Positions 16,664 to 27,691 of a stretch of 64,000 nucleotides of DNA are shown here, piece after piece (positions within the stretch are counted from its first letter, which is position 1; each line of letters begins with the position of its first letter). This DNA comes from a virus. The DNA lies in IMG/VR virus record IMGVR_UViG_3300018005_000012, positions 1-64,000 of that record; one strand, 5' to 3'. The position numbers and the translations under genes are program-made. The notes below the pieces were generated by a model that was not told the DNA's origin, searched no databases, and saw nothing but the letters and a program-made list of their open reading frames with translations.

Positions 16664-19316
16664 TATATGACCAAAGAAGAACAAAAACTGTTGGTGGGAC
16701 GGGAGATAGACGGCCTAGCCCAACTTGTAAAGGACATTGTGGACGGGCCAAGTGAGGGGAGCGAGAAGTAGTGGCCCACATCTTTACACGAGACGAACTA
16801 ATAGCCCTATTAGCGAAATGCCCAGAGGGTGGTGGTGTTTGTGCCTCTTGCGGAGACACTTTCACGAAAGAACAGTTAAAGAAGGGTGAGGAGCCAGAGT
16901 TCACTTCTTGTGAGTGTGATAACGATGACTAAGTTCCCCATGACAATCGTGGACTCGGCAACGAGAATCCATGTAGTAAGGCGAAGTCCGACAGGGTATT
17001 ACACTTGCGATGTTTGCCTCAACTCTTTCACACGAGAAGAGTTGGAGAAGACCCATGAAGTTGTCAACCCAAATGCTTATAAGGGATGGAATGTGGGGAG
17101 ATAGTATGACCTACATCGCTACCTATAGAGATGGTAAAGTGATTCTCAAAGGAGAGGTAGATGGTTGGTATCTTGCGTGGGCTTACAAACAAGCAAAGAA
17201 GGAAGCCAAAAATAACGGATGGATACTGCTAAGTGTCGAGCCAAAGGACTATCCACCTATCCCTCAGATAGTTCATTCTGAGAAACCGAGAGGAGAACGG
17301 TGGGAACGGCCCATCTTAAGAGCGAAGATAGCATGACGGGTCTCTACAGAGTGACTTACTTCATTGGAACCCCCGACTCTCAGATTAAGATAAGTGAGAT
17401 GCTCGATGCCAACAGTGCAGAAGAGGCCATTGCCTTAGTCAAAGCCAAACACCCCACGGACTTGGGGAAAATATCATCGGTGGCCATGCTCAGATGACAA
17501 GAGAAGCATTCAAGCCTATCGTCTTTCTCAAGCCCAAGTCAGTGACCATCGAGAACTTGATACAGGGAGCGATGTGTCTAGTCGTGGACAGTAAGGGATG
17601 GACACATACCTTCTACACTCGTGTAGACTCAGTATCCATGAATGAACGGACAGACATCTCACGCAAAGTCAAGAAAGGGCGATTGACAGAATGAAAGCCA
17701 CTCGTAACGAATCAGCCAAGACCTTCATACTCGAAGCCGACTCGGAAGACCTAGAGACAATTCTTAATGCTCTTGAATTTGCTCATGCAAAATGGTGGTT
17801 CCCAAAGCCAGCAAAGAGAGCCATAACAATGTATGACAAACTCAGAGAAGACTTGAATGTAGACTTCAATTCAGATGGTGAATTAGTTCTACAATGAGAC
17901 CCAAAGGCAAGATGCGAAGCCCACACAAGAAGGAATGGTGTCCAGAGCATGGGATTCACCATTGCACAACACACGGCAAACACAAGAGAGGCCGGAGAAT
18001 AGGGCCATGAAATATCGTTGCTGGAAATGCAAAACTGTTCTTGATGGAAGTTTAGAGGACTTTCTGAAGCACGAATCCAAATGTGATTGTAATGCTTTCG
18101 ATAATATCGAAGATGAGGCAATAAAGCCATGACTGAAGAAGTTCCCTGCCCCTTCTGTGCGACAACGTGTAGTTCCGATTGGAGTCTACGGGCACACATG
18201 AAACAACAACATGGTCTTCCATAATGGCTCGTGGATACGTCAAGAATAGGATACGAAGTGCCCCTCACTACTATGTCACGTTGCGTGACGTAGAAGAGCC
18301 GCCTCACGAAGCCAAAGGCATTAAGGGATTGGTCATGGACTTGAAGTTGGACTTTCGCCCACAAGCAGACATCGAAGATTACATGGACGTTCCATCGGAG
18401 TCTGTTAGTGGAGTTAGTCAGATGTTTCTAGGGCTTGAGATGGATGAGGTTCAAGCCATCCTTCGCTATCTCAACACCCACGGAATGTTTAAGAGCGAGT
18501 GGTTCCAAGCCCTTACTAGGGGAGAAAGCGTATGACCAAAGGGTACGATGAAGAAAATTGTCCGTGGGACTGTTGTCCACTCGGATGTCACTGTCAAGAT
18601 TGTGTGGGATGCACACCGGAGATGGACTAATTGCATAAGCGGACTGACCACTACAGTTGTGACCACAATGTTCAAAACAGTGAGGGCATCAATTTCCTCA
18701 AGTGTCCTCTCTGCCATGTGGGAGACTACAACGGCTCACTGGTTGAGTCAGATGGGAGAGAGGAACCAGAGGCTAGGATAGTTCAAGAGCCTAATTCCTA
18801 TACCGAGTATGCGTATGGACAATTCGGTGGAGCATCAGAAATCCATCGAAATCCAGATGGAACCTATGGGACATCAATCTTGCAACCAATCAATCCTGCT
18901 CAATGGGCAAGTATCTCTAGTGCTTCAACCGCAAGCGTAACACCACAAGCCTACACATCCTTTTCCATCAGCCCACCCCAAACAGTAAGCAATGGTGGAA
19001 CCGTGGCCTTTGATGGTTCGGCTTATGTTGAAACACAATCAATACCGGAAGGCCATCCCTTCCCATCTTCAGACCACGACCCTGCCACTTGTCGGATTTG
19101 CATAGTCGCAAGACGAAGAGAAGAAGAGCATGATGAAGAGATAGACATCGAGAACCACGAGAACTACAGTGAGACAAATGGCCAAGAGTAAAGAGAAGGT
19201 TGTGTGTTGGAGATGTGGAGGAGAGGTAGTCTCCATAAAGAAGTTCCTCATGTGCAAAGAATGTGGGGCGTTGAGCAGTTGATACCACAACCTTTAAAAG
19301 GGTCACAAACGAAGGG

Positions 19317-19418
19317 ATGCCGTTGAGCCAAGAAGATGGGGAGTTAGAAGACGAGGACTTTGACGAAGACTTCGATGAAGAGGGCTTCGAGCAAGAAAGC
19401 GAGGAAGAGGACTTATAA
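19317..19418 (+). CDS. 33-aa hyper-acidic peptide (not in ORF track)
   Basis: MPLSQEDGELEDEDFDEDFDEEGFEQESEEEDL; own TTTAAAA...AGGG promoter; stop overlaps the next ATG. Confidence 0.65.
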   Translation: MPLSQEDGELEDEDFDEDFDEEGFEQESEEEDL

Positions 19419-19424
19419 TGCCAA

Positions 19425-20261
19425 GTGAATATCACTGGCGATGCACGAGTTGTGGTGTCCTCATCATCGAGAAGACTAGAGACTCGTGGGAAGAGACCAA
19501 GAAACATACGCTTCGGTGCAAAAGCGAGGGCTTTCATCTTGAGCCGTAAGCCGTTTCATCGAAAGGTTTGGCTGGCCTTTCGACTCATTCCTAACGAGAA
19601 AACCTATACTTGTAGCGGAATGCTTACACGAAACAAAATAGACAAAGAGGCTGGCATTGAGGAAGGAATCATAGGTGGTGTGGAGATTGGCCAAGACGAA
19701 ATTGAGAGACGGGACTTTCTCGGTGGAGAAGTGGAATATGGATTTGAGCAAAAGGTTCTCCATTTACAATGGATTCCCTTTGCAGAGAGACCAGACAAAG
19801 GAATTGACTTCATTTCCCCACCAGACATCATCAGCCAAGTGAAAGGCAGAAGTTCATGGATTGCAGACTGTGGCTTGGGTAGAGAACTCTGGCCACATAG
19901 GGCTGAGATATTCATAGTGTGCCAACAGCATAATGACGACCCCACTGTTTACGTTGTCAAAGGGTGGTTCACAAAAGAAATGTTCTTTGAGAGACACATT
20001 CACTACGACAATAAGCAACACTTGGGAGATTGCTTCATAACAACTTCATGCCCCTATTGTGGCAAAGGTGGAAAGGGTGAAAGAATAGGCCAACCGTGGA
20101 TACAAGACGAAGACTTAGAGCCTATAGACACCTATCTTCAAGAATATTGGCCAGAGAAACTACGAGAACTCTATGAACGAATGAAGCAAACTGGCAATGG
20201 TCAACTACTAATAGAGGAAGACTGTAGCAGAATGTTTATTAAGGGTGCGGAGATAGGGTAG
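19425..20261 (+). CDS. Hypothetical protein, possibly PD-(D/E)xK-like nuclease
   Basis: Long ORF with GEVEYG...DKGIDF...QVKG pattern; true start probably internal. Confidence 0.4.
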   Translation: MNITGDARVVVSSSSRRLETRGKRPRNIRFGAKARAFILSRKPFHRKVWLAFRLIPNEKTYTCSGMLTRNKIDKEAGIEEGIIGGVEIGQDEIERRDFLGGEVEYGFEQKVLHLQWIPFAERPDKGIDFISPPDIISQVKGRSSWIADCGLGRELWPHRAEIFIVCQQHNDDPTVYVVKGWFTKEMFFERHIHYDNKQHLGDCFITTSCPYCGKGGKGERIGQPWIQDEDLEPIDTYLQEYWPEKLRELYERMKQTGNGQLLIEEDCSRMFIKGAEIG

Positions 20262-23200
20262 GCCATGAGAAAAGACGACATCATTGCAGTGGTCATAGTC
20301 GTGGTAGCGGTCATCTTCATGGCTTGGGCTATCTCAACGTGGGGGTATTCACCATGAGCAAAGACGATGCTCCCTACTTACAAGATGTAAAGGAGTTGGA
20401 AGCCTTTCTGAAGGGATACAAACGAGATGTCCACATGACAGCGAAGGTGTTATCAGCATTGGCAAAGTCAATGGACGCACACCCTCAACTGAGGCTAGGG
20501 CAGTTGCTTGTAGCGGTAATCAAGAAAGCCTATCCCAACGATGAGGGATTTGAAGGACGTTTGTTCTACATCTACGATGAAGATTTCGTGAATGCCATAA
20601 ACGCATTTGATGGTGAGTTAATAGTATGAGGTCTTGTGCGTGGTGCGGGATGGACATTCCAGAGGATACACACATACAGGTGACGGAGTTCCACACTTGC
20701 GGCTCTACGACTTGGGACTTTGACAACTACGATTGCATACCCTTCTGGCTAAAGGCCAATTGTAAGACCGATGTTCTCGGTGAGTTGCATGAGTCTTGAA
20801 ACACCGCACCTCAACCTCTCCATCAGCATCTACGTTGACGGAGCACTTGCCGCAGAAGTCACGAAGGAAGACGCTCCCCTATTTCAAGAAGCCTACCGAA
20901 GACTCTTCCCTACTGCCACCATTGAATCCTTTACCGTCCTCCAATTGGCTAAGAAACGAAAGAAGGCCGAAAGGGAAGCCCAAGAAACCCCACAGGAAGG
21001 ATTGGAAGTAGAGTGATAGCAACTATAAAGGCATGGATAGCGGGTTCGTTCATACACTTGTCAGCCGCCCTCATAACAATCTTTCTCTGCTTAAACTACA
21101 GCCGCATCCACGAAGCAGGACTCCTCAATGTCTACCTCATAAATGGTGGATTGACATGGGCTATCGCTCCTGTGCAAGCGATACTCGCTTTCGTCATCTT
21201 AGGAGTTATCCTGATTTTCAACAAGAAGGAGATATTCGTAGCAAAGGCCATAGTGAGTATGTATGTCATCATGTTCGCTTACGACCTATTTCTCAATGTC
21301 TACTTCTTAATGTGGGTGGGGGCAATATGAGATTCTCTACCAAGTTCTGGCTATTTGCCATGCTGTTCCTTCTTGCTTCCTACTTCACAGCATCCGTCAT
21401 ACTGCTTGTCCTCTTCTTTAGTCTTGTAATAGTGGCTCTCTATGGAGCCGCCTACTATCGAGGAAAGGAAGTTGCAATTGCGGCCATTGAGAAGGCCAAG
21501 TTGGAGATAGGAAGCAACCTCAAGTGTGAACTCTGTGGGGCCGTTCCTCACCTGACGGAACTAGACAACAAGTTCGTGTGCGATGCTTGTATGCTCAAAC
21601 ACTGGGCATCACATTGTCCAGTGTGTGGAATGGATGTGCCACTTGAGGATGTGAAGGGGAGACTAAACCACTTGAACGAGCATGAGAAGAAGGGAGAGAT
21701 ATGAGAGATAGAGTTCACTGGAAGCCTACCAAGTATGAGAGAGTCATTGACCGTAAGGACATCATGGAGAGGATTGACTGTAAGGAGTGCGGCTTCATTG
21801 CAGTTGGTAGACTCAGAAAAGGAGAGGAGTGTAGGGCTTGTGGCTCGAAACAGATGGGTGAATACTTGGGCACAGCAACCGGACTTGTCACTGGAGACTT
21901 TAAGTTGATGATGAGTCACCTTATCAAAATGGGAGTGAAAGTCATATGAAATACTCCTATCACTTGGTCATTCCACCAAAGCCAGAGGAACCTGAAACGC
22001 TCACAGAACCCGAACAACACGCAACGGTAGAAAGTTTATTAAGGCTGTTGACAGAGGGTAAGGGGCATGAGTGAACTAGAAGAGTTGGCAGAGAAACTGT
22101 CAAAGGCAAAAGCACCCAACAACATGGGGCCATATGGCGAGTGGAACTACTACAGAATAGCCGACATTGACGGGGTCATTGCAGACTTGAAGAAACTCAG
22201 TAAGACTAAACAAGCCAAAACCTATGGCACAGGTTACGGTGCAAACGGGCCTATAATATGACCAAAGAGGAGTGGGAATTGATGGAATATCTCTGGCTTT
22301 TGGGTCTTCAACATCCCGATGAGTTATGGAAGTGGGTATACCATGTCTGCTACATCAAAGATTGGTCGAAATACTGTCCAGTGTGTTGGAAGGATATGTC
22401 ACTTGATGATACCAAAGCGAGGGTAGACCACATAGCCAAGCATAAAAAGAGGGGGGCGGGGTGGATAGAATGAGTGGTGATATTCAATGTGTATTCGGTA
22501 TCATAATAATGTTTCTAGGAGTGGCTTCTTTCATCACCAGTCCACAGTCGTTGCTGGCCGCTTGTATGTATGGAGGTGGCCTAATCGTGTTAGGAATGGG
22601 TTTGGGTGACTCGAAGTGAGTGAAGCACTTAAGGCGAGAGACAAGATGACCAAACTTGAAGAGGTCGAACCTAAGTTGGAGTCTGTGGCAGTTGAAGCGG
22701 AACGTGCCCATGCCACCATAAAACTGTCAGAGATAGATGCTGAGTTGGCTAAGGAGATAACCACAGACCGCAGAAACGCTCTTCTCAAAGAGAGGCTAGA
22801 TGTCCTAGTGGGGTTGATGAAACGAAGATGAAAGTGAGAGGCGGCAATAGGAGTTTCGAGTTCATCGTAAGCAATCAGGGAACGCTAACCTATACTGACA
22901 AGAAGAATCTTAAGAGGCAACTTCAATTGAGGAACAAGACTGGCCATTCGGTTTCAGTCAGACTCAGCCGAAGGAAGATGATTTTGGTGACTATCAAATG
23001 AAAGCGTTTGTTTACGACATCACCATATCGGAAAGTGTGATGGACATGATGCACGGATTCACCTACGACATAAGAGAACTCTACGTTCCTGACCTTAAGA
23101 TATACGCCAACTTGGGTGGCCAACAGGGGCAGATATTCGTCTACCAAAACGATGAGAAGAGATGGAAAACAGGACACAACTTCAAAGATGTGACCATCAC

Positions 23201-23706
23201 ACCAAAGTTCGCCAAGATGCTAAAGCAGGCTTTGAGAAGCAAGAATCTAGAGAAAGAACTAAAGAGGGTTCTAGCATGACCCACCAAGTCGTTACAGTTT
23301 GGATTGATTGGGAAGGGGTTCAAATGGCCATCTGCACTTGTGGCTTCTACACTAAAGTTCAGGACATCCAAGAGCATATTGAGAGGCACAACAAATCATG
23401 ACTTTTGCGAGACGCAAAAAGTGGAACGTAATAAAGAAGCGAAGGAAGATTTCCCATCAGAAGGTCATTGAGAATCGGGCCAATAAGGAGAAGAAGAAGG
23501 AATGAATCCCCCAAGTAAGCGAGAGCAGAATAGGATACTGGCCTTCCTTTGGGCTATGTGCGTCATCGGCTTCCTCACCATCTGTGCCATCTGGATGTCG
23601 AGTGTATTATGACCAAATGCGATTGTGGGTCGGGCCTACCAATGCTTGGGGTCTGTCAAATCTGTTTCCAAACCTACTGTGAGAAATGCAAAGGAGACCA
23701 TAGAAG

Positions 23707-23952
23707 TTGACCTTAGCCAACCAGAGGGAACTCGATAAAGCCACAATGTTTACAGAGATAAAATCAAATGATGTGGGTATCGGTATACGATGTCCACATT
23801 GTTCAGCAGGATTTCGTAGCAATGAAGGTAGTCATCTGATAGCGAGCATTCTAGGTCACATTCTTAATTTTCATGGACACCAAGTTTTTCAAGAATATAT
23901 ATACAACCATCAAACAAGATTGGACGTTCCTCCAGAGGAGATAATAGATTGA
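23707..23952 (+). CDS. C2H2 Zn-finger protein with LANxxEL motif
   Basis: MTLANQRELDKA...CPHC...HILNFH. Confidence 0.7.
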   Translation: MTLANQRELDKATMFTEIKSNDVGIGIRCPHCSAGFRSNEGSHLIASILGHILNFHGHQVFQEYIYNHQTRLDVPPEEIID

Positions 23953-24133
23953 CGTTATCAACGGCAATCCTTATATTGCCCTTGGTGGAAGAGGGAGTAA
24001 TGAGCCGCTACCAATGCACTGCTTGTGATTACTCTACGATGTTTGAAGGTGGGGCGGGACACCACTCAAAAGAAACGGGACACTTCGTTCAAGAAACAGA
24101 TGAGCCGCCAAGAGATAGGAAGGTAAAGCATCA

Positions 24134-24622
24134 GTGATTGTCTGCTACGTTGATGGATTATGCGAACCAGAACGATGGGAAGGGGTGGCCACCTATGGTG
24201 TAGTTATCCGAAAGGATGACGGAGAACTCGTCTACATGGGTAGTGGGATGATAGGAGAGGGCAAAGGCTTCACCAATCAAGTTTCCGAATACTACGCTGT
24301 GATAGATGCCCTCAAGTCTTTGATTGGCCACTACCTAGCCAACGAAGAGACCATAATCTACACCGACTCCAAACTGGTAGCGGAGCAAATGAACGGCCAT
24401 TGGAAGGCCGTGAAAGGGGCATACCTGCCTTACTTCCTCAAAGCCAGAGACTATCAGACTCAGTTCAGTCATCTCAAGTTCCAGTGGATTCCGAGAGAGG
24501 AGAACAAAGAAGCAGATAAGATGTCTCGTCTGGCTTATGAGAGTTGGATGTTGGCCACTGGCCGCAAGCCCCGATATGGGAAACGAAAGCCCAAAACTAT
24601 GGGAAAGAGACAGAATGTTTAA
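24134..24622 (+). CDS. rnhA: Ribonuclease HI
   Basis: YVDG, TNQVSEY, YTDSKLV, WIPREENKEAD catalytic motifs. Confidence 0.92.
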   Translation: MIVCYVDGLCEPERWEGVATYGVVIRKDDGELVYMGSGMIGEGKGFTNQVSEYYAVIDALKSLIGHYLANEETIIYTDSKLVAEQMNGHWKAVKGAYLPYFLKARDYQTQFSHLKFQWIPREENKEADKMSRLAYESWMLATGRKPRYGKRKPKTMGKRQNV

Positions 24623-25326
24623 ATAGGTTGCGAACAGAGGGGTAGGTAATGACAACAAAATGGGGTTGGAAGATGCGGTTCTTTGCGGTCTTCCTTGCGT
24701 CAGCCGTGACTCTGCTCCTAATGGGTGCAGTATGGCTGGTTGTTGAGGCTTACTCTCTTAGTCCACTTGTTGGAACAGCAGTAGTTCTTGGAGAAATATG
24801 TCTCGGAAGTTTCTTCCTTTGGGATTTTGCAGAGGATTATCCATGACTCTGATAGAAGAGTTGCTGGATTGGGAGAAGGTTGAGAAGGCCAAGAGATGGG
24901 GCGGCACACAGATGATAGTCGAGATTTCAGTGCTTGAGGCCATCAGAGAGGCCGAAGAGAAGAGTGGAAAACCATGACCCTTTGCACTATACCTTCGCAC
25001 AAGCATGGTATGAGACTAGCACAGGGCCAGACCGAGTGCAACGGCCTCAAGAACGGAATGCACAAATTCAATGGTCGAGTCGTCCAACTCAGGACGGATG
25101 CTATACCTCTCCACCTTTGCTCCAAGTGCAATCTCATGGCCGCTTACTTTGAGTGCAACGGTGAGGTCAAGTGAAACACAATTTGTGGTGTAGCATTCGC
25201 TACTTTTTTGTGGGACACCGATACTACTCCGGCATCGTTGTCAACCCCACACAGCCCATAGGCGAGGGTCTCTACAAGTGCGACATCTGCCATCGTGAGT
25301 TCACACGAAAAGAGGCACAAGTCTAA

Positions 25327-25941
25327 ATGCTCCTATTCAAGACTATAACTGGTGCTCATCTTTGGCGGATGGAACATGAGGGGTCGGATGAGGATGTCTT
25401 TGAATGCTACCAAGCCCCCACTCTCGACATCCTGAGAGGGAACGCTTTCATGAAGAGCACCTTCGATGCTAAGGTAGCAAACCAAGACATAGCCCGTCAC
25501 GAGTTGGGAACCGTCATCGAGCAACTACTTAAGGGCAACCTGAACTTCGTAGTGGGTGTGATGTCACCCATCGTAGAAGAAACCAGTGAGACCCATAAGG
25601 ATTTGATTGCACTCTTTAGAGCAATGCCGCCCAAGAACCTCTACCATTCGGTGAGAGGCATGGCCGTTCACAACGTTAAACTCTACCAAGACGAACTCGA
25701 CTTCAAGCCTAAGAAGGTCAACGCCATACTAAGGCTCCTCTTCATGGGCGAGGCTTATCTCAGGTCAGGAGTGTTGCTCTTTGAGCCATACTACGGCACA
25801 CGCTCTGAGATAGACCCTATGTTGGAGAGACTCGATAAAGCCTATCAGGATTCGCCTCTCATAGACCAAATACCAGAACTCCTGCTTCGTGACATTCTCC
25901 TTAAGGCCAGACTGGTTAACTTGGGTGAGCCTATTTCGTGA
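25327..25941 (+). CDS. Pol-beta superfamily nucleotidyltransferase (YcgL/RlaP-like)
   Basis: ITGAHLWRMEHEGSDEDV signature; HELG...LLKGN. Confidence 0.8.
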   Translation: MLLFKTITGAHLWRMEHEGSDEDVFECYQAPTLDILRGNAFMKSTFDAKVANQDIARHELGTVIEQLLKGNLNFVVGVMSPIVEETSETHKDLIALFRAMPPKNLYHSVRGMAVHNVKLYQDELDFKPKKVNAILRLLFMGEAYLRSGVLLFEPYYGTRSEIDPMLERLDKAYQDSPLIDQIPELLLRDILLKARLVNLGEPIS

Positions 25942-26204
25942 GCCTTGCCAATAGCAGAGAATTAAGACAAGCCAAACTTTGTGGCAAATGTTCTAAACCA
26001 TTAGGAAAGGAGAGAACTATCGTTGATAAGACTGGAAAATATCATACTAACTGTTGGAAAGAATGGGCAATGAATGACCCCGATTATCAGTCTCAACTAG
26101 CAATATACAAAGCAGACCCACACCCACAATACTATATGTTAGACCCTGCCGACTTGGACAAGCCATTCGACCCTGCCGATGCCATCATGTTGGTGATACA
26201 ATGA
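25938..26204 (+). CDS. Zn-finger protein with LANxxEL motif
   Basis: MSLANSRELRQAKLCGKC...YHTNC. Confidence 0.7.
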   Translation: MSLANSRELRQAKLCGKCSKPLGKERTIVDKTGKYHTNCWKEWAMNDPDYQSQLAIYKADPHPQYYMLDPADLDKPFDPADAIMLVIQ

Positions 26205-26486
26205 AAATCACCCTCAAGTGCGGATGCACAGGGACTCTGAATAAGCGAAAGAAGACCCTTGCTATTTCCTACATTTGCGAGAAACATCTAGCCGTCATAA
26301 TGAAGAGAGTCCATGAGGAATTGTGGGGTGAACTTGATTGGCGAAAGATAGCGAAACAATACGACAGTTACATGAAACAATACGACACACTTCACGTTCC
26401 ATCAAACACACTATACTGGCTCCATTGGCTATCCGAACAAAGGCCAAAGGCTCTTAGAGGCGAACTCTCATATAGAGGAATCCCAA

Positions 26487-26735
26487 TTGTCACTAGCAAA
26501 CCAAAAGGAACTCAATGACCAATATCGGGAGATGCGTCACGAGTTCGACATTCCCGATGACCTGACTGAAGAAGACTTCTTCCCTGAGAAGTTCGGCCCT
26601 TGCTTCTTCTGTGGTAAGATGGTGTCAGATTACGATTTTTGTTGGGGTTGTGAGCATTTCGTATGTAAAGATTGTAACGACCCCAATAAGATTCTACACG
26701 AACAGCACAGAGTAGAAGAACACTTAACCCCGTAG
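26487..26735 (+). CDS. Zn-finger protein with LANxxEL motif
   Basis: MSLANQKELNDQ...CFFC...CWGCEHFVCKDC. Confidence 0.7.
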   Translation: MSLANQKELNDQYREMRHEFDIPDDLTEEDFFPEKFGPCFFCGKMVSDYDFCWGCEHFVCKDCNDPNKILHEQHRVEEHLTP

Positions 26736-26957
26736 AATCTCATTCCTTGGGTTGTAGGGTTTGCAATCACACGCACCCACTGGTTGATTGCATCCTGAAC
26801 AGACCTCCGGTTCTAGAGCACTTAGACGATAGGTAGACCGTCCACACCAACAGGGTTGGTGCTCACGCTTGATGACCTGAGCAACCTGATTCTTAGAGAT
26901 GCTCTTAGCCTCTATTCTCCCTGTCAACTTCCTCTTTGGTGCGGTCATCAAGACCAT
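26724..26957 (-). CDS. Small Cys-rich protein
   Basis: CWC...CSGC...CDC; upstream CTTATATA. Confidence 0.6.
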   Translation of the reverse strand: MVLMTAPKRKLTGRIEAKSISKNQVAQVIKREHQPCWCGRSTYRLSALEPEVCSGCNQPVGACDCKPYNPRNEILRG

Positions 26958-26993
26958 AGGATGAGTCTCGTTTGAATGCTATATAAGCATTTC

Positions 26994-27689
26994 CTAAGAG
27001 GTAAGGTAGTCTACCACAAGTTGCTTGGGCACTTGAGACTGGAAGAGCATTTGAAGGTTGGATGACTCTGCCGTTGAAATCGCCCACATCACTGGCTTAT
27101 TGGAAGTCGCATCAATACCAAAGATAGGAGCCTCTCCACCGACAGCATTCAAGACATCCATACCTGTCATCATAAAGCGGAATGCTCCCGTCTTGAAGTC
27201 GAAGGTTGAACCTTCTTCTGCTCCCACTGGTTCGACTGCCATCATTTTGGGAGGCTCCATGAACTTCTGAGTCACTTCATCAATCAGATTGTTAGAAGAA
27301 TCTCGAAACTGAAAGGTGAAGGTGACGTTCCCATCGTAGGTGAATTGAATCGTCACATCGCCAGCATTGAAGTCGGCCACCTTCGCCTTCGTTGGGATTT
27401 CAGCAAACGAAGGTGAAGCCTGAGGTTCCAAGTAAACATAGGCAGGCCCACCCATATCCACAATCTTTGCTGGAGCCGCACCACCCCCATACCCTATGTA
27501 TTGGACATCAGCATACAAAACCAACTGAGTGTAAGCCTTTAGAGAGAGAAAATTATATTGAATAGAGTAACCAGAGATGGGAGAACATCCACCGATACAA
27601 GAGAGATTTGAAGTGAAGATAGGAAGTTTCGTATTCTGAACTAAAGGCCCACCTCTGCCAGCGAATCTAATCGGATTTTTGAGAACCAC
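26994..27689 (-). CDS. Hypothetical beta-rich protein, possibly virion-associated
   Basis: 231-aa ORF directly downstream of the ATPase gene. Confidence 0.55.
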   Translation of the reverse strand: MVLKNPIRFAGRGGPLVQNTKLPIFTSNLSCIGGCSPISGYSIQYNFLSLKAYTQLVLYADVQYIGYGGGAAPAKIVDMGGPAYVYLEPQASPSFAEIPTKAKVADFNAGDVTIQFTYDGNVTFTFQFRDSSNNLIDEVTQKFMEPPKMMAVEPVGAEEGSTFDFKTGAFRFMMTGMDVLNAVGGEAPIFGIDATSNKPVMWAISTAESSNLQMLFQSQVPKQLVVDYLTS

Positions 27690-27691
27690 GT

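Larger units (their letters stand above)
14529..26735 (+). other. Accessory region of more than 50 translationally coupled micro-ORFs (many Zn ribbons and small membrane proteins)
   Basis: Chains of ATGA/TGATG overlaps, frequent CxxC pairs, periodic TATA+AGGG promoters; most are not individually assignable. Confidence 0.75.
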
